44,566 bases of DNA, taken from NCBI RefSeq assembly GCF_001194135.2, contig NC_068984.1, forward strand, positions 84,378,418 to 84,422,983, given 5' to 3'. How positions within the stretch are numbered: position 1 is the first letter of the stretch; the number at the start of each line of letters is the position of its first letter. Of the stretch, positions 34,654-44,566 are shown piece by piece. The translations under genes and the position numbers were made by a program. The notes under the pieces were generated by a model that worked only from the letters and a program-made list of their open reading frames with translations, was not told the DNA's origin and did no database searches. Source of the stretch: Octopus bimaculoides (lineage: Eukaryota).

Positions 34654-37254
34654 TACACGATTGTGGCTGGAATGTCTTTAATCGTTGGTCTGCTTGTTTA
34701 AGGTTAACCTGTGGTTAAACATGTATTTTGGGTGAAGGAGTTGATGTAAAATATCGAGTTCATTGCTCTTTTGTTCTGAGGATGTTTCTCTGCTATTCTA
34801 GATCCACTTGTATTTGTTCATTATTTCGAACCCATTGAAGCGCAAGAGATGTCAAAATCGGTAGAATGGCAAACAATATTCCTTGTTGTGCTTTGAAAAT
34901 GTATGACCGTGTGCCTACGCTCAAAATCATTACGAAATCAGTTCGCAGTTCTTCAACATCAACTTTGCCTTTTCTTCTGCTGAGGGAATAAACACTAACA
35001 AAATACAGTTTCAAGTCAGTTGAAGAAATCTAACGTCCACTGGCATAATTAAAATTGGTCATCGCAACATCTCATTAACCCTCTTCTAATTCTATCTTTT
35101 CAAAAGCCAAAAAACTTCTACTCAATTTCAGTTTATTCAACATGAAAGCACTAAATAGAGTACTTTTCTATTGTGACTACTTCTTCCAGAATTTATTCCT
35201 TCAAGATTATCAGTAGCATTTATAATAAAATGGGGCGTCTGCACTTGGTTTTGAACCCATGAATTATGGAGTTGATAGTTTGATATTGTATCCACTCAAT
35301 TATATAACTGTCTCCTAATTTTTTTAATTTCCAGTTTTGATTTTGAAAACAAAAATTTGTTACTTTGGCTATTGATGAGAAACCATCCACATGATGAGAG
35401 ATGATGAGTGGTATACCATAGAGGTCAGAGGCTGGACCGTTGCTATTTGTTATGTACAAATATGCATTAATGAGAAGATCAAAGTCATCAATAACAATAA
35501 GCTACTCTTCTGTGGAATAAACAAAAAGATTCAAGAAAATGTGTGAAAGTAGTGACTTGGAAAATGTTTAAAAAAGTGGCTGTTGAAATCTCATCCCAAG
35601 AAAAGCAGATCTATAATAGAAAGAATGACATGAAGAAAATATGAAACATAAGAGAGCTGACTGGATACTTTGTAAAGGATAGATTTCAAATTCTGCTGTA
35701 GTTCAATTATTATTCATTCCACCAAGAACAATAAAATAAATCTAAGTTATACACTGAGAATCAGTAAAATAATATAAGTAATATACTAGCACCATTGTAT
35801 TTCTATGAAGAAGATTACATTAAAAGTGTACTGCATTACTAACAAAGAGTTTTTAAGAGCCAGTGCATAGCTCTGATTTCATGGTATTAAATGGATGAAA
35901 TATCTCATAGTGGGTAGGAATCTAGCCTTTCACAACTGACAGAAGAGATCTATGTGGTCACTCAATCTGCTAAAAATAGCAGCCGAATCTCCTTCACATC
36001 ATACCTACCATCATAGGAAACGACTATTAGATTATGTAGTTTTGGTCCCCTGCACATCAAAAAAGGTGAGATTGCTTTGGCAGGTATTCCTTTGATCACA
36101 GTCTGCAGAGTTGGAACTAAGCTGAGGCTAAAATGTAACTTAGATGAACTAAGGCATTGTAGGATAAATTTTTCTCCTAGAAACACAATGAAGTGATTGC
36201 AATTGATTTGAATTCATAACTTATGAGCAAATAGTTCTGTACTTTATCCATATGAGCATCCCACCACTACACTCCTCTAAGCCTCTATGGAATCACTTGA
36301 CCTGCTAGAAGAAGCAGCCATATCTCTCACAAACCACATCTTATACCCCCAGGAAAAAGAGACTCATTGGGTAATGTAGTCCTAGCTGTATTCTTGAAAA
36401 GGAAAGTAAGATAGGATGGGCACGGCTAGAACACCTTTGATCATAGTGTACTGAATCTAAGGTGACTTGGAGTTCAATAATAACTAATACACGTCAAGCC
36501 ATAAAATAACTCCCGTATCACATGATATGCTAGAAATGACAGTGTACTCTCCCTCAAATCATACCCTATGATCTTAAAAAAGGAAGGACACATTGGGTAA
36601 TATTGTCCTAGATAAATAAAACTGGATGGACATGGCTGGAATGCCTTTGTTCATAAGTTTGCTCAATTGGGGCTGATCTGGAATTAAACAACAAATCCAT
36701 GACCACACTTCCTTTTTAAGATAGTAGTAGCAGAGTGTGATTTGAGAAAATTTGGCTGTTATTTCCAACAGACTAAAAGATCGGATAGGGCTTCCTTCAT
36801 TGGCTTATTGGGTAACCCCGAGTCAATGGGATAAACCTATGATCAGACGTGTCTCTGCTGTGACCATTCTCATCTTTTATTCTGGAATTTATTAAACGTC
36901 TGTTTCCTTTTTTTGAAAATGGTAGATTATGATTTGAGGGAGAATTGGCTGCCATTTTTTGCAGATCAAGTGACAGTATATAATTTTCGTCGTTGATTTG
37001 TTACTACTTGGAATTAAGAAATGGCCAGTGAACGTGAAAAGTTTGAAGTTGGGAAAAAAAAAAGCTGCTTGCAAGGGAGGCCACTCTTGTAGAAAGGAAT
37101 GCCAAAACCCGGCGCGATCATCGTAGCCTCTCATCTTTCAGGAACTAATAAAATTAAGTAGCAATCAAGTACTAGGGTTGATGGTATCGACTATTCCACT
37201 CATTTTAAAATTGCTTTTGTACCTAAATCAGAAACCGTTATTAATTTTCCGCGT

Positions 37255-37340
37255 GTGAGTGGTGAATGGCAGAATCGTTAGTGTCGGGGAAAATGTTCTT
37301 TACATTCTGCGTTCAAATCCCCGCCGATATCAACTTTGTC
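37255..37340 (+). mobile_element. SINE family B 5' fragment, interrupted by the Merlin-like element
   Basis: GGCAGAATCGTTAG...GTTCAAATCCCCGCCGATATCAACTTTGTC. Confidence 0.7.
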
Positions 37341-38524
37341 GGTCAATATAAAGATCTTCACCCGGAACAAAAAAATAATAAACCAGCCTGATGGGTGTCA
37401 ACAAGTATGTAGTAAAACGAATAAGAAAAAAAATGCGCGCTGACAACACTGGGGGAGGGGACTTTCGGAAAATTCACAAGATCCGATTTTTCCGTCATAA
37501 CTTCCGGTAAAATGGACATATATTGATTTTTTTTTTTACGGAATCCCACGTTTTTGGTTATGGAGGATCCGATTCTGAAAAAAATTTGTTTGTAAAATTT
37601 CAATTTTTTAACCAAAAAAAAGAATNNNNNNNNNNNNNNNNNNNNNNNNNNNNNNNNNNNNNNNNNNNNNNNNNNNNNNNNNNNNNNNNNNNNNNNNNNN
37701 NNNNNNNNNNNNNNNNNNNNNNNNNNNNNNNNNNNNNNNNNNNNNNNNNNNNNNNNNNNNNNNNNNNNNNNNNNNNNNNNNNNNNNNNNNNNNNNNNNNN
37801 NNNNNNNNNNNNNNNNNNNNNNNNNNNNNNNNNNNNNNNNNNNNNNNNNNNNNNNNNNNNNNNNNNNNNNNNNNNNNNNNNNNNNNNNNNNNNNNNNNNN
37901 NNNNNNNNNNNNNNNNNNNNNNNNNNNNNNNNNNNNNNNNNNNNNNNNNNNNNNNNNNNNNNNNNNNNNNNNNNNNNNNNNNNNNNNNNNNNNNNNNNNN
38001 NNNNNNNNNNNNNNNNNNNNNNNNNNNNNNNNNNNNNNNNNNNNNNNNNNNNNNNNNNNNNNNNNNNNNNNNNNNNNNNNNNNNNNNNNNNNNNNNNNNN
38101 NNNNNNNNNNNNNNNNNNNNNNNNNNNNNNNNNNNNNNNNNNNNNNNNNNNNNNNNNNNNNNNNNNNNNNNNNNNNNNNNNNNNNNNNNNNNNNNNNNNN
38201 NNNNNNNNNNNNNNNNNNNNNNNNNNNNNNNNNNNNNNNNNNNNNNNNNNNNNNNNNNNNNNNNNNNNNNNNNNNNNNNNNNNNNNNNNNNNNNNNNNNN
38301 NNNNNNNNNNNNNNNNNNNNNNNNNNNNNNNNNNNNNNNNNNNNNNNNNNNNNNNNNNNNNNNNNNNNNNNNNNNNNNNNNNNNNNNNNNNNNNNNNNNN
38401 NNNNNNNNNNNNNNNNNNNNNNNNNNNNNNNNTTTTTTTTTTTTTTTTTTCATATTCGTTTTCTACACCTACCAGGCTGGTTTATTTTTGTTTTTGTTCC
38501 CGGGTGAAGATCTTTATATTGACC
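37341..38524. mobile_element. TIR DNA transposon with 8-bp TSD and 5'-GG termini (Merlin-like); interior mostly gap
   Basis: TIRs GGTCAATATAAAGATCTTCACCCGG(G)AACAAAAA...TAAACCAGCCTG (>55 bp); ACTTTGTC at both 37333-37340 and 38525-38532. Confidence 0.8.
37626..38432. other. Assembly gap (N run)
   Basis: Run of N. Confidence 1.
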
Positions 38525-39901
38525 ACTTTGTCTTTACTTTTGTTGAATCCAGTGGAATCGATTAATGAACTCACCTTAAAACTGCTGGCCCTATTACCTC
38601 AATTAGAGATGATTATTCATTTTCCGAAAGATAAAATAACCCTCTCTATGTTGATTGAGAGTCCAGTATGTTCCCAATGTGTTAAAAAGTGTAGTGAGCG
38701 ACATAATTCTTAAACAAATGTTTTTAATTAAAAATTAACTAGTTTGCTAAAATAATTGGATAAGTGACAATGTAAAACAATAAAAAGTCGCAAAAATAGA
38801 TCTCTACCAAAAACTTAATGTGTGTATTATATCTTATCGCATAGTTTTTTGTTTTTTTTCTTTTTGTTCCTTTTTATGACACGTTGATTTAGTTACAGTC
38901 AAAAAATTGTCGCTCATGTCCAAACAACATAGAGGGGCTATCTTCGTTCAATTTTATTCTATTTTGGAAAATTTGATGCTCGCTTGAGACTACCGCGATC
39001 TTCGGGAAACAAAAGTACTAGAAAGAGAGCGTTTGTGTGTGTGTGTGCGTGCGTGCAGTTGAACAGTGTTAAAAGGCACAAGGGAGACGGCTGCATTACT
39101 ATCGGTATATATGATGCAGGGGAGATAATTGCGTCGTTGGTGGGGGCGTTTAATGTAAATGATGGTAGGAGGCACCAGCGGAAGCGAAAAATATGGCAAA
39201 TGTGACCAGATCTCGAGAGAAATTGGATTTTATAAATGTAATTAATAAGACTGAGATGTATGGGAATATACTGTGAGGTAAAGCCTGTCCAAGTCCACTC
39301 CGTTTTGGAAAGACGATGCTCCACTGATTAAAAATATTTCCTTTGCCAAAAGAAATGTGACATAATTATTATTAGACAACAATATTTAAAATATTCATCT
39401 CCATCACTTTATGTTCTGAGTTCTATTCCTTCCAGAAAGACAGAGATATATTGAATCATAATAGGTTTTTTTCCACTCATAGGAGGTATTATTAGTTTCC
39501 CCTCACTGATGGAAATCAATTAAGTTCCTGTATGCTGTTGAAATTGTGTGTATATGGCACATCAGTCAAACCATGAGTAACTTGGGCTATTATGATAGCT
39601 TTACTGTCTCAAAAACAAAGCGTTGGGTAGATGCTACTCCAAACTCTGGAGATTCCCTGTAGACAGGATGCCAGTTTTCTGCAAAGTTAACCCTAACTGC
39701 TATTGTTGGTGCTAGATCTCATTTTCATCTGAATGAAGTAGAATTATCCTGCTCCAGGCACAATACATAGGCCAGTCAGGGAATCAAATGCATGGCCTTA
39801 TGATTGTGAGTCCAGTGAACAGACCATGCAAATATAACATTGTTATTGTTGTTGCTAATCTAATTAAGGCCGGCAGACTAAATGCTTAATGGCATTTCAG
39901 T

Positions 39902-40460
39902 GACAAATGCAGAATGTGTAGTGAGAGGGGTGAAACGGTATGGCACATCATTAGTGAGTGACTGAAATTGGCACAATGTGAATATAAAAGACGCCATGAC
40001 AATATGGAAAGAACGATCCATTGGGAGCTCTGTGGAAATCATGGCCTACAAAGAGCAAAGGCATGGTATGACAAACCCCAGAAGGAGTCACGGAGAATGA
40101 GAATTACAAAATCCTGTGGGATACAATGATCCAGTGCAATCACCTGACCAGACATTTGTTGTAGTGAATGAAAAAGAAGGAACATGCATGATAATCGACA
40201 TAGTATGCCTCAGTGAAACAGGATCAATGTGAAAAAAGAAAAAATTAACAGCTATGATGACTTGAAGTGGGAAATATGAAGGTTGTGGTCAATGAGGAGA
40301 GTAGATATGATACCAGTAGTAAGTGGTGCACTTGGAAGTATCAGCACTCCACTACCAACATGGCTAAAAAAGATTGGTGTAAGTGTAAAGGTAGAACACC
40401 TTCAAAAATCGGCATTACTTGGAACTGCAACAATTCTACACAGAGTTCTTGAAGCATGAC
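39902..40460 (+). mobile_element. R4/Dong-like RLE non-LTR retrotransposon 3' fragment
   Basis: DKCRMCSERGETVWHIISE*LKLAQCEYKRRHDN (CCHC knuckle with last Cys mutated to a stop), IHWELC, ENENYKILWD, MIIDI, and IPVV.GALG-like RLE tail. Confidence 0.85.
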
Positions 40461-40574
40461 CAGTAAACAAGTATTACCTTAGTCTGCTGTGTATGGAGAG
40501 CTGACACTTTCCATCACACCCAACAGAATAAGCTATGAGTTTTTATCACATAATAATTATAGTTTTTACACAAA

Positions 40575-41036
40575 GCCAGCAATTTTGGGAAAGGAGGCTA
40601 GTCGATTACACTGACCTCAGTGCTCTACTGGTACTTATTTTATTGACCCTGAAAGGATGAAAGGCAGAGTCAACCTCAGCAAAATTTGAACTCAGAACAT
40701 GAAGATTGACAAAATGCTGCTAAGCATTTTGCCCAGTATGATAATGATTCTGCCAGTTTGTCACCTTAATGATAATAATAATGATAATAATAATAATAAT
40801 AATCCTTTCTACTAAAGGCACAAAGGCCTGAAATTTGTGGGGAGGGAACTAGTTGATTACATCAATCCCAGTACTCCACTGGTACTTAATTTATCGATCC
40901 CGAAAGGATGAAAGGCAAAGTTGACCTCAGCAGAGTTTCAACTCAGAACATAAAGACTGACAAAATGCCACTAAGCATTCTGCCCAGCATGCTTATGATG
41001 CTGCCAGCTCACCACCTTCACAACAACAACAACAAC

Positions 41037-41072
<36 letters not shown>

Positions 41073-41284
41073 GTTTCAAGTTTTGGCACAAGGCCAGCAA
41101 TTTTGGGGGAAGTGGGTAAGTTGATTACATTGACCCCAGTGCTCAACTTATATTTATTTTATCGACCTCGAAAGAATGAAGGCAAGGTCAACCACAGTGG
41201 AATTTGAACTCAGACTGTGAAGAGATGAAATGTCACTAACCATTTTGTCTAGCATGCTAACAATTCTGTCAACTTACCACCTTA
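40575..41284 (-). mobile_element. Three consecutive same-orientation family B SINEs separated by (AAT)n/(AAC)n
   Basis: Copies at about 40575-40768, 40804-41018 and 41070-41284, each with GAAAGG...GACCTC...ATTTGAACTCAG and ending TTCTG(C/T)CA...CCTT. Confidence 0.85.
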
Positions 41285-41296
41285 ATCATAATAATA

Positions 41297-41328
<32 letters not shown>

Positions 41329-41334
41329 CTCCAG

Positions 41335-41441
41335 TAAGACTGAAACATTTTGGACCATGACAGGTCTTTTCCCACAAGAGTTTGTACTCAGTTTTCCGTC
41401 ACTGATGGAGATCAATGAAATTGCTATATTATGTTGTAATG
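41335..41441 (+). CDS. IFT25: IFT25/HSPB11 coding exon 2 (107 nt)
   Basis: T28-CTCCAG acceptor and G/GTAAG donor; phase 2 joins exon 1 to give G-KTETFWTMTGLFPQEFVLSFPSLMEINEIAILCCN (IFT25 ETFWTTTGMFPQEF motif). Confidence 0.93.
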
Positions 41442-42309
41442 GTAAGTACAGTTAATTATTAGTAATTATGTCAGATTTGGCCTTATAAAGAGATCAGTAA
41501 CACTATGTGTATATCTTGATTAAGCTTTGGGAATAATAATTGTTTCTAACATAAGCACAAGTCTACGAACTTGGTGGGGTGGGGATTAATCAAGTAAATC
41601 AATCTAGTACTTGACTGGTACTTTATTTTATTGATGACAGAAGAATAAATTGAACCCAGAATTTAAATAACTAGAACAGATTTTGCAAGGCATTTTTTCC
41701 AACACTACTAATTTTGCCAATCCGCCACTCTAGGTGTAAAAATAGATCTAATGCATAGAGGACCGTTCATAGTGTTGTGAGATTATAATTTTGTGGATTA
41801 TTAACTTCATCTTCAATTCCTCTTGCAAATAAAGTCGCTCATCTAGAGTAGACTAGCATTCTATCCAGAAGGGTATTTGTCTCTCAACAATTACTAATGC
41901 TTTACTAACCAAATCAACAGTGTGCTGGACTACTATTAGACAGAGGATTTAACCTTGTGAAGATTACATCCACAAATGTTACACTAAACTCTCAAATAGG
42001 CCAAACCAACTAGTTATAAATAATTATATATTTCTGGCTCATTAGATCACCTCTTCTGGTGCCCTCTCTTCTATAATGATGCCAAAACTACATCCTAAAG
42101 ATTTTACTTCCTCTTTAGAGCTGGAAAATATTTCAGTTTTGTTTATTTGATGACCCTCTAGAAAACTCAGTGTGACCCACATTGGAGTTCTGGTAAACAC
42201 GTTCCTATTCCTATCCCTCTGGCATAAAGCCACCTCCCTTCTACTGCACTCCAACTCAGTCAAGGTAACTTTTTTTGCCTTGTGAGTTTTTTGGCAACCT
42301 CACTAGTGC

Positions 42310-42560
42310 AGGTGCCAGAAAAAATGCACCCACTGCACTCTGGAAATAAGAAACGTTAGCACGCTTGGTGAAATGCTTAGCGGTAAAAAAACAGAAATTA
42401 GAAAAGGTATCCAACCATAGAAACTGTGCCAAAGCAGACATTGGATCTGGACACAATTCTCCAACTCACCAGATCCTATTGATTTGTCCAACTTATGCCA
42501 ATATGGAAGACAGATATTAAATGATGATGATAGTGGTGTTGATGATGATAATGATGGTGG
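42310..42560 (+). mobile_element. Family C repeat, degenerate
   Basis: AGAAAAGGTATCCAACCATAGAAACTGTGCC...GATATTAAATGATGATGAT. Confidence 0.55.
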
Positions 42561-42978
42561 CAGTGGTCTTATATGCGAGTCATGTGATAATTGAGTTAAT
42601 TGATTATATCAGTTATTTCACTATGTTGGTTCTGGACAGCATAGAAAGACCATCCAACTGATTGACAAAATTTCATTTTGCACTGCCTGTCTGACAGTGG
42701 ACCTTTATCACCTTTAGCCAGTCCCCAAAGGGTCTGTTTCTCTTGATAAGGAGGTTGGTGACAGGAAGTGGAATCTGAACTCAGAATACAAGGGACCAGA
42801 ACAAATACTGCATAGAAATGAACCTGGTTTTCTAACAGTTCCACCATTCCACTGCCCTAGGCTGGTACTTCATTGACCTTAAAAGGAAGAAGAGCAAAAT
42901 TAACCTCATCAGAATTTGAACTCAAGAAAGCACAAAACCAAAACAAATACCACAAGGTATTCATCCTGATACTCTTGG

Positions 42979-43165
42979 TGCAGACATAGCTGTGTTAAGT
43001 TTGCTTCACAACCACATGGTTTGGGGTTCAAGGTGCCATTGTGTGGTACCTTGAGTAAGTGCTTTCTACTATGATCCTGGATTGACCGAAGCCATGTGAG
43101 TAGATTTGGTAGATGGAAACTGAAAGAAGCATGTTGTGCATGTGTCTGTATACATATATATATAT
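42979..43165 (+). mobile_element. SINE family A, older degenerate copy
   Basis: CAACCACATGGTTTGGGGTTCA...GATTTGGTAGATGGAAACTGAAAGAAGC. Confidence 0.7.
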
Positions 43166-43170
43166 ACATA

Positions 43171-43624
43171 GGCGTAGGAGTGGCTGTGTGGTAAGTAGCT
43201 TGCTTACCAACCACATGGTTCTGGGTTCAGTCCCACTGCGTGGCACCTTGGGCAAGTGTCTTCTACTATAGCCTCGGACCGACCAAAGCCTTGTGAGTGG
43301 ATTTGGTAGACGGAAACTGAAAGAAGCCTGTCGTATATATGTATATCTATATATATGTATGTGTGTGTATATGTTTGTGTGTCTGTGCTTGTCCCCCCAA
43401 CATCGCTTGACAACCGATGCTGGTGTGCTTACGACCCCGTAACTTAGCAGTTCGGCAAANNNNNNNNNNGGTGTGCTTACGACCCCGTAACTTAGCAGTT
43501 CGGCAAAAAGAGACCGATAGAATAAGTACTGGGTTTACAAAGAATAAGTCCTGGGATCGATTTACTCGACTAAAGGCGGTGCTCCAGCATGGCCACAGTC
43601 AAATGACTGAAACAAGTAAAAGAG
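43171..43624 (+). mobile_element. SINE family A, young full-length copy (contains a 10-N gap with a 38-bp overlap duplication)
   Basis: Starts GGCGTAGGAGTGGCTGTGTGG and ends AACAAGTAAAAGAG; very close to 7568-7975. Confidence 0.9.
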
Positions 43625-43642
43625 TATATATATATATATATA

Positions 43643-43744
43643 TCATCATCATCATCGTTTAACGTCTGCTTTCCATGCTAGCATGGGTTGGACGATTTGA
43701 CTGAGGACTGGTGAAACCGGATGGCAACACCAGGCTCCAATCTA
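43643..43744 (-). mobile_element. Family C repeat, 3' fragment
   Basis: (CAT)n-CGTTTAACGTCTGCTTTCCATGCTAGCATGGGTTGG. Confidence 0.8.
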
Positions 43745-44174
43745 ATATATATATATATATATGGGGGGGGTGTATCCTCTTGTCTTGACATTGCATGATA
43801 GTTATAAGTGCCACTGTCATACAAACAGGGTCCATTCATTTCTAATATTCTGTACAAACATGTCTGGTCAAGGAAATATTACTTTACTCAGAAACAAGTG
43901 GGGGTTAGCAACAGTAAGGGCTTCTAGCCATAGAAAGTCTGATCCATACAAGCATGGAAAAGTAGACATTAAAACAATGATGAATACTTTAATATCTCTG
44001 CTAGTTTGCTGCATTCTTTTCTCCCAATTAAATAATAGATGCCCAATTATTTGTTTGTTTTTACTTGCTCATTGTTCTTCCTTCTAACATCCAACATAAA
44101 ACTTCACTAAACAACCATTTCAAAATATCTAATCTGATTGTAATAATGCTCTGTTTCTTTTCAAATTCATTCAG

Positions 44175-44249
44175 TGGCAGACTTGAGAATTGAATCAAGT
44201 ATGAAAAGTAGCCTAGACAATGATGACTGGAATTTTCTGGCTGAAAGCA
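44175..44249 (+). CDS. IFT25: IFT25/HSPB11 coding exon 3 (75 nt; gene continues beyond the window)
   Basis: Acceptor ttcattcAG; phase 1 joins exon 2 to give V-ADLRIESSMKSSLDNDDWNFLAES, like IFT25 VQTLKIEKSTSKEPVDFEQWIEK; donor GTTAAG (exact 3' boundary less certain). Confidence 0.72.
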
Positions 44250-44339
44250 GTTAAGTTATGCTTTTATTATGTTTGTTTCTTTTTCATTTTCTTTTTTGTA
44301 ATTCCTTTTATTATTTTACTCATTAATGATGTGGGAAGG

Positions 44340-44495
44340 TATAGCTATATAGTTAAGAAGCTCATTTCCCAACCACATGGAATTGGTCTCAATCCCACTG
44401 CATTGTACCTTGGGCAAGTGTCTTCTACTATAGCTCCAGCCAAAGCATTGTGAGTGAATTTTGGAAGATGGGGAACTGAAAGAAGCCCCTCATAT
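44340..44495 (+). mobile_element. SINE family A fragment
   Basis: CCAACCACATGG...CCTTGGGCAAGTGTCTTCTACTATAGC...GAACTGAAAGAAGCCC. Confidence 0.75.
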
Positions 44496-44521
44496 ACATA
44501 TATAGGCATCTCTCTCTCTCG

Positions 44522-44552
<31 letters not shown>

Positions 44553-44566
44553 CAGGGTTGATAAAA

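Noticed and set aside
37523-38713. 396-aa and 281-aa ORFs in the supplied track
   Set aside because: They are read-throughs of the N gap.
43422-43508. 38-bp tandem duplication inside a SINE
   Set aside because: Flanks a 10-N gap; assembly artefact.

Overview
Eukaryotic, AT-rich, microsatellite- and SINE-dense genomic DNA with four N-gaps. The repeat families and overall texture point to an octopus (cephalopod) draft assembly; this is inference, not a database result. Two intron-containing genes are arranged head-to-head. LRRC42 is on the minus strand: a non-coding exon 1 ending at 33567 and five coding exons at 28496-28102, 25873-25755, 25598-25510, 23306-23123 and 21228-21146, whose phases join into a 289-aa ORF. 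IFT25/HSPB11 is on the plus strand: coding exons 33943-34034, 41335-41441 and 44175-44249, with the 3' end outside the window. Their 5' ends lie within 376 bp of each other, and to my recollection the same two genes are head-to-head neighbours at human 1p32.3. The remainder is mostly transposon debris: several tRNA-derived SINE families, RTE, R4/Dong-like and HERO-like non-LTR fragments, two Penelope-like fragments, a Gypsy pol fragment, mariner/Tc1 fragments and MITEs, a hAT MITE, a Merlin-like element with an 8-bp TSD, and a probable Helentron-associated element. Nearly all ORFs in the supplied track are spurious microsatellite, SINE or gap read-throughs. Exon boundaries were worked out by hand; repeat boundaries are approximate.
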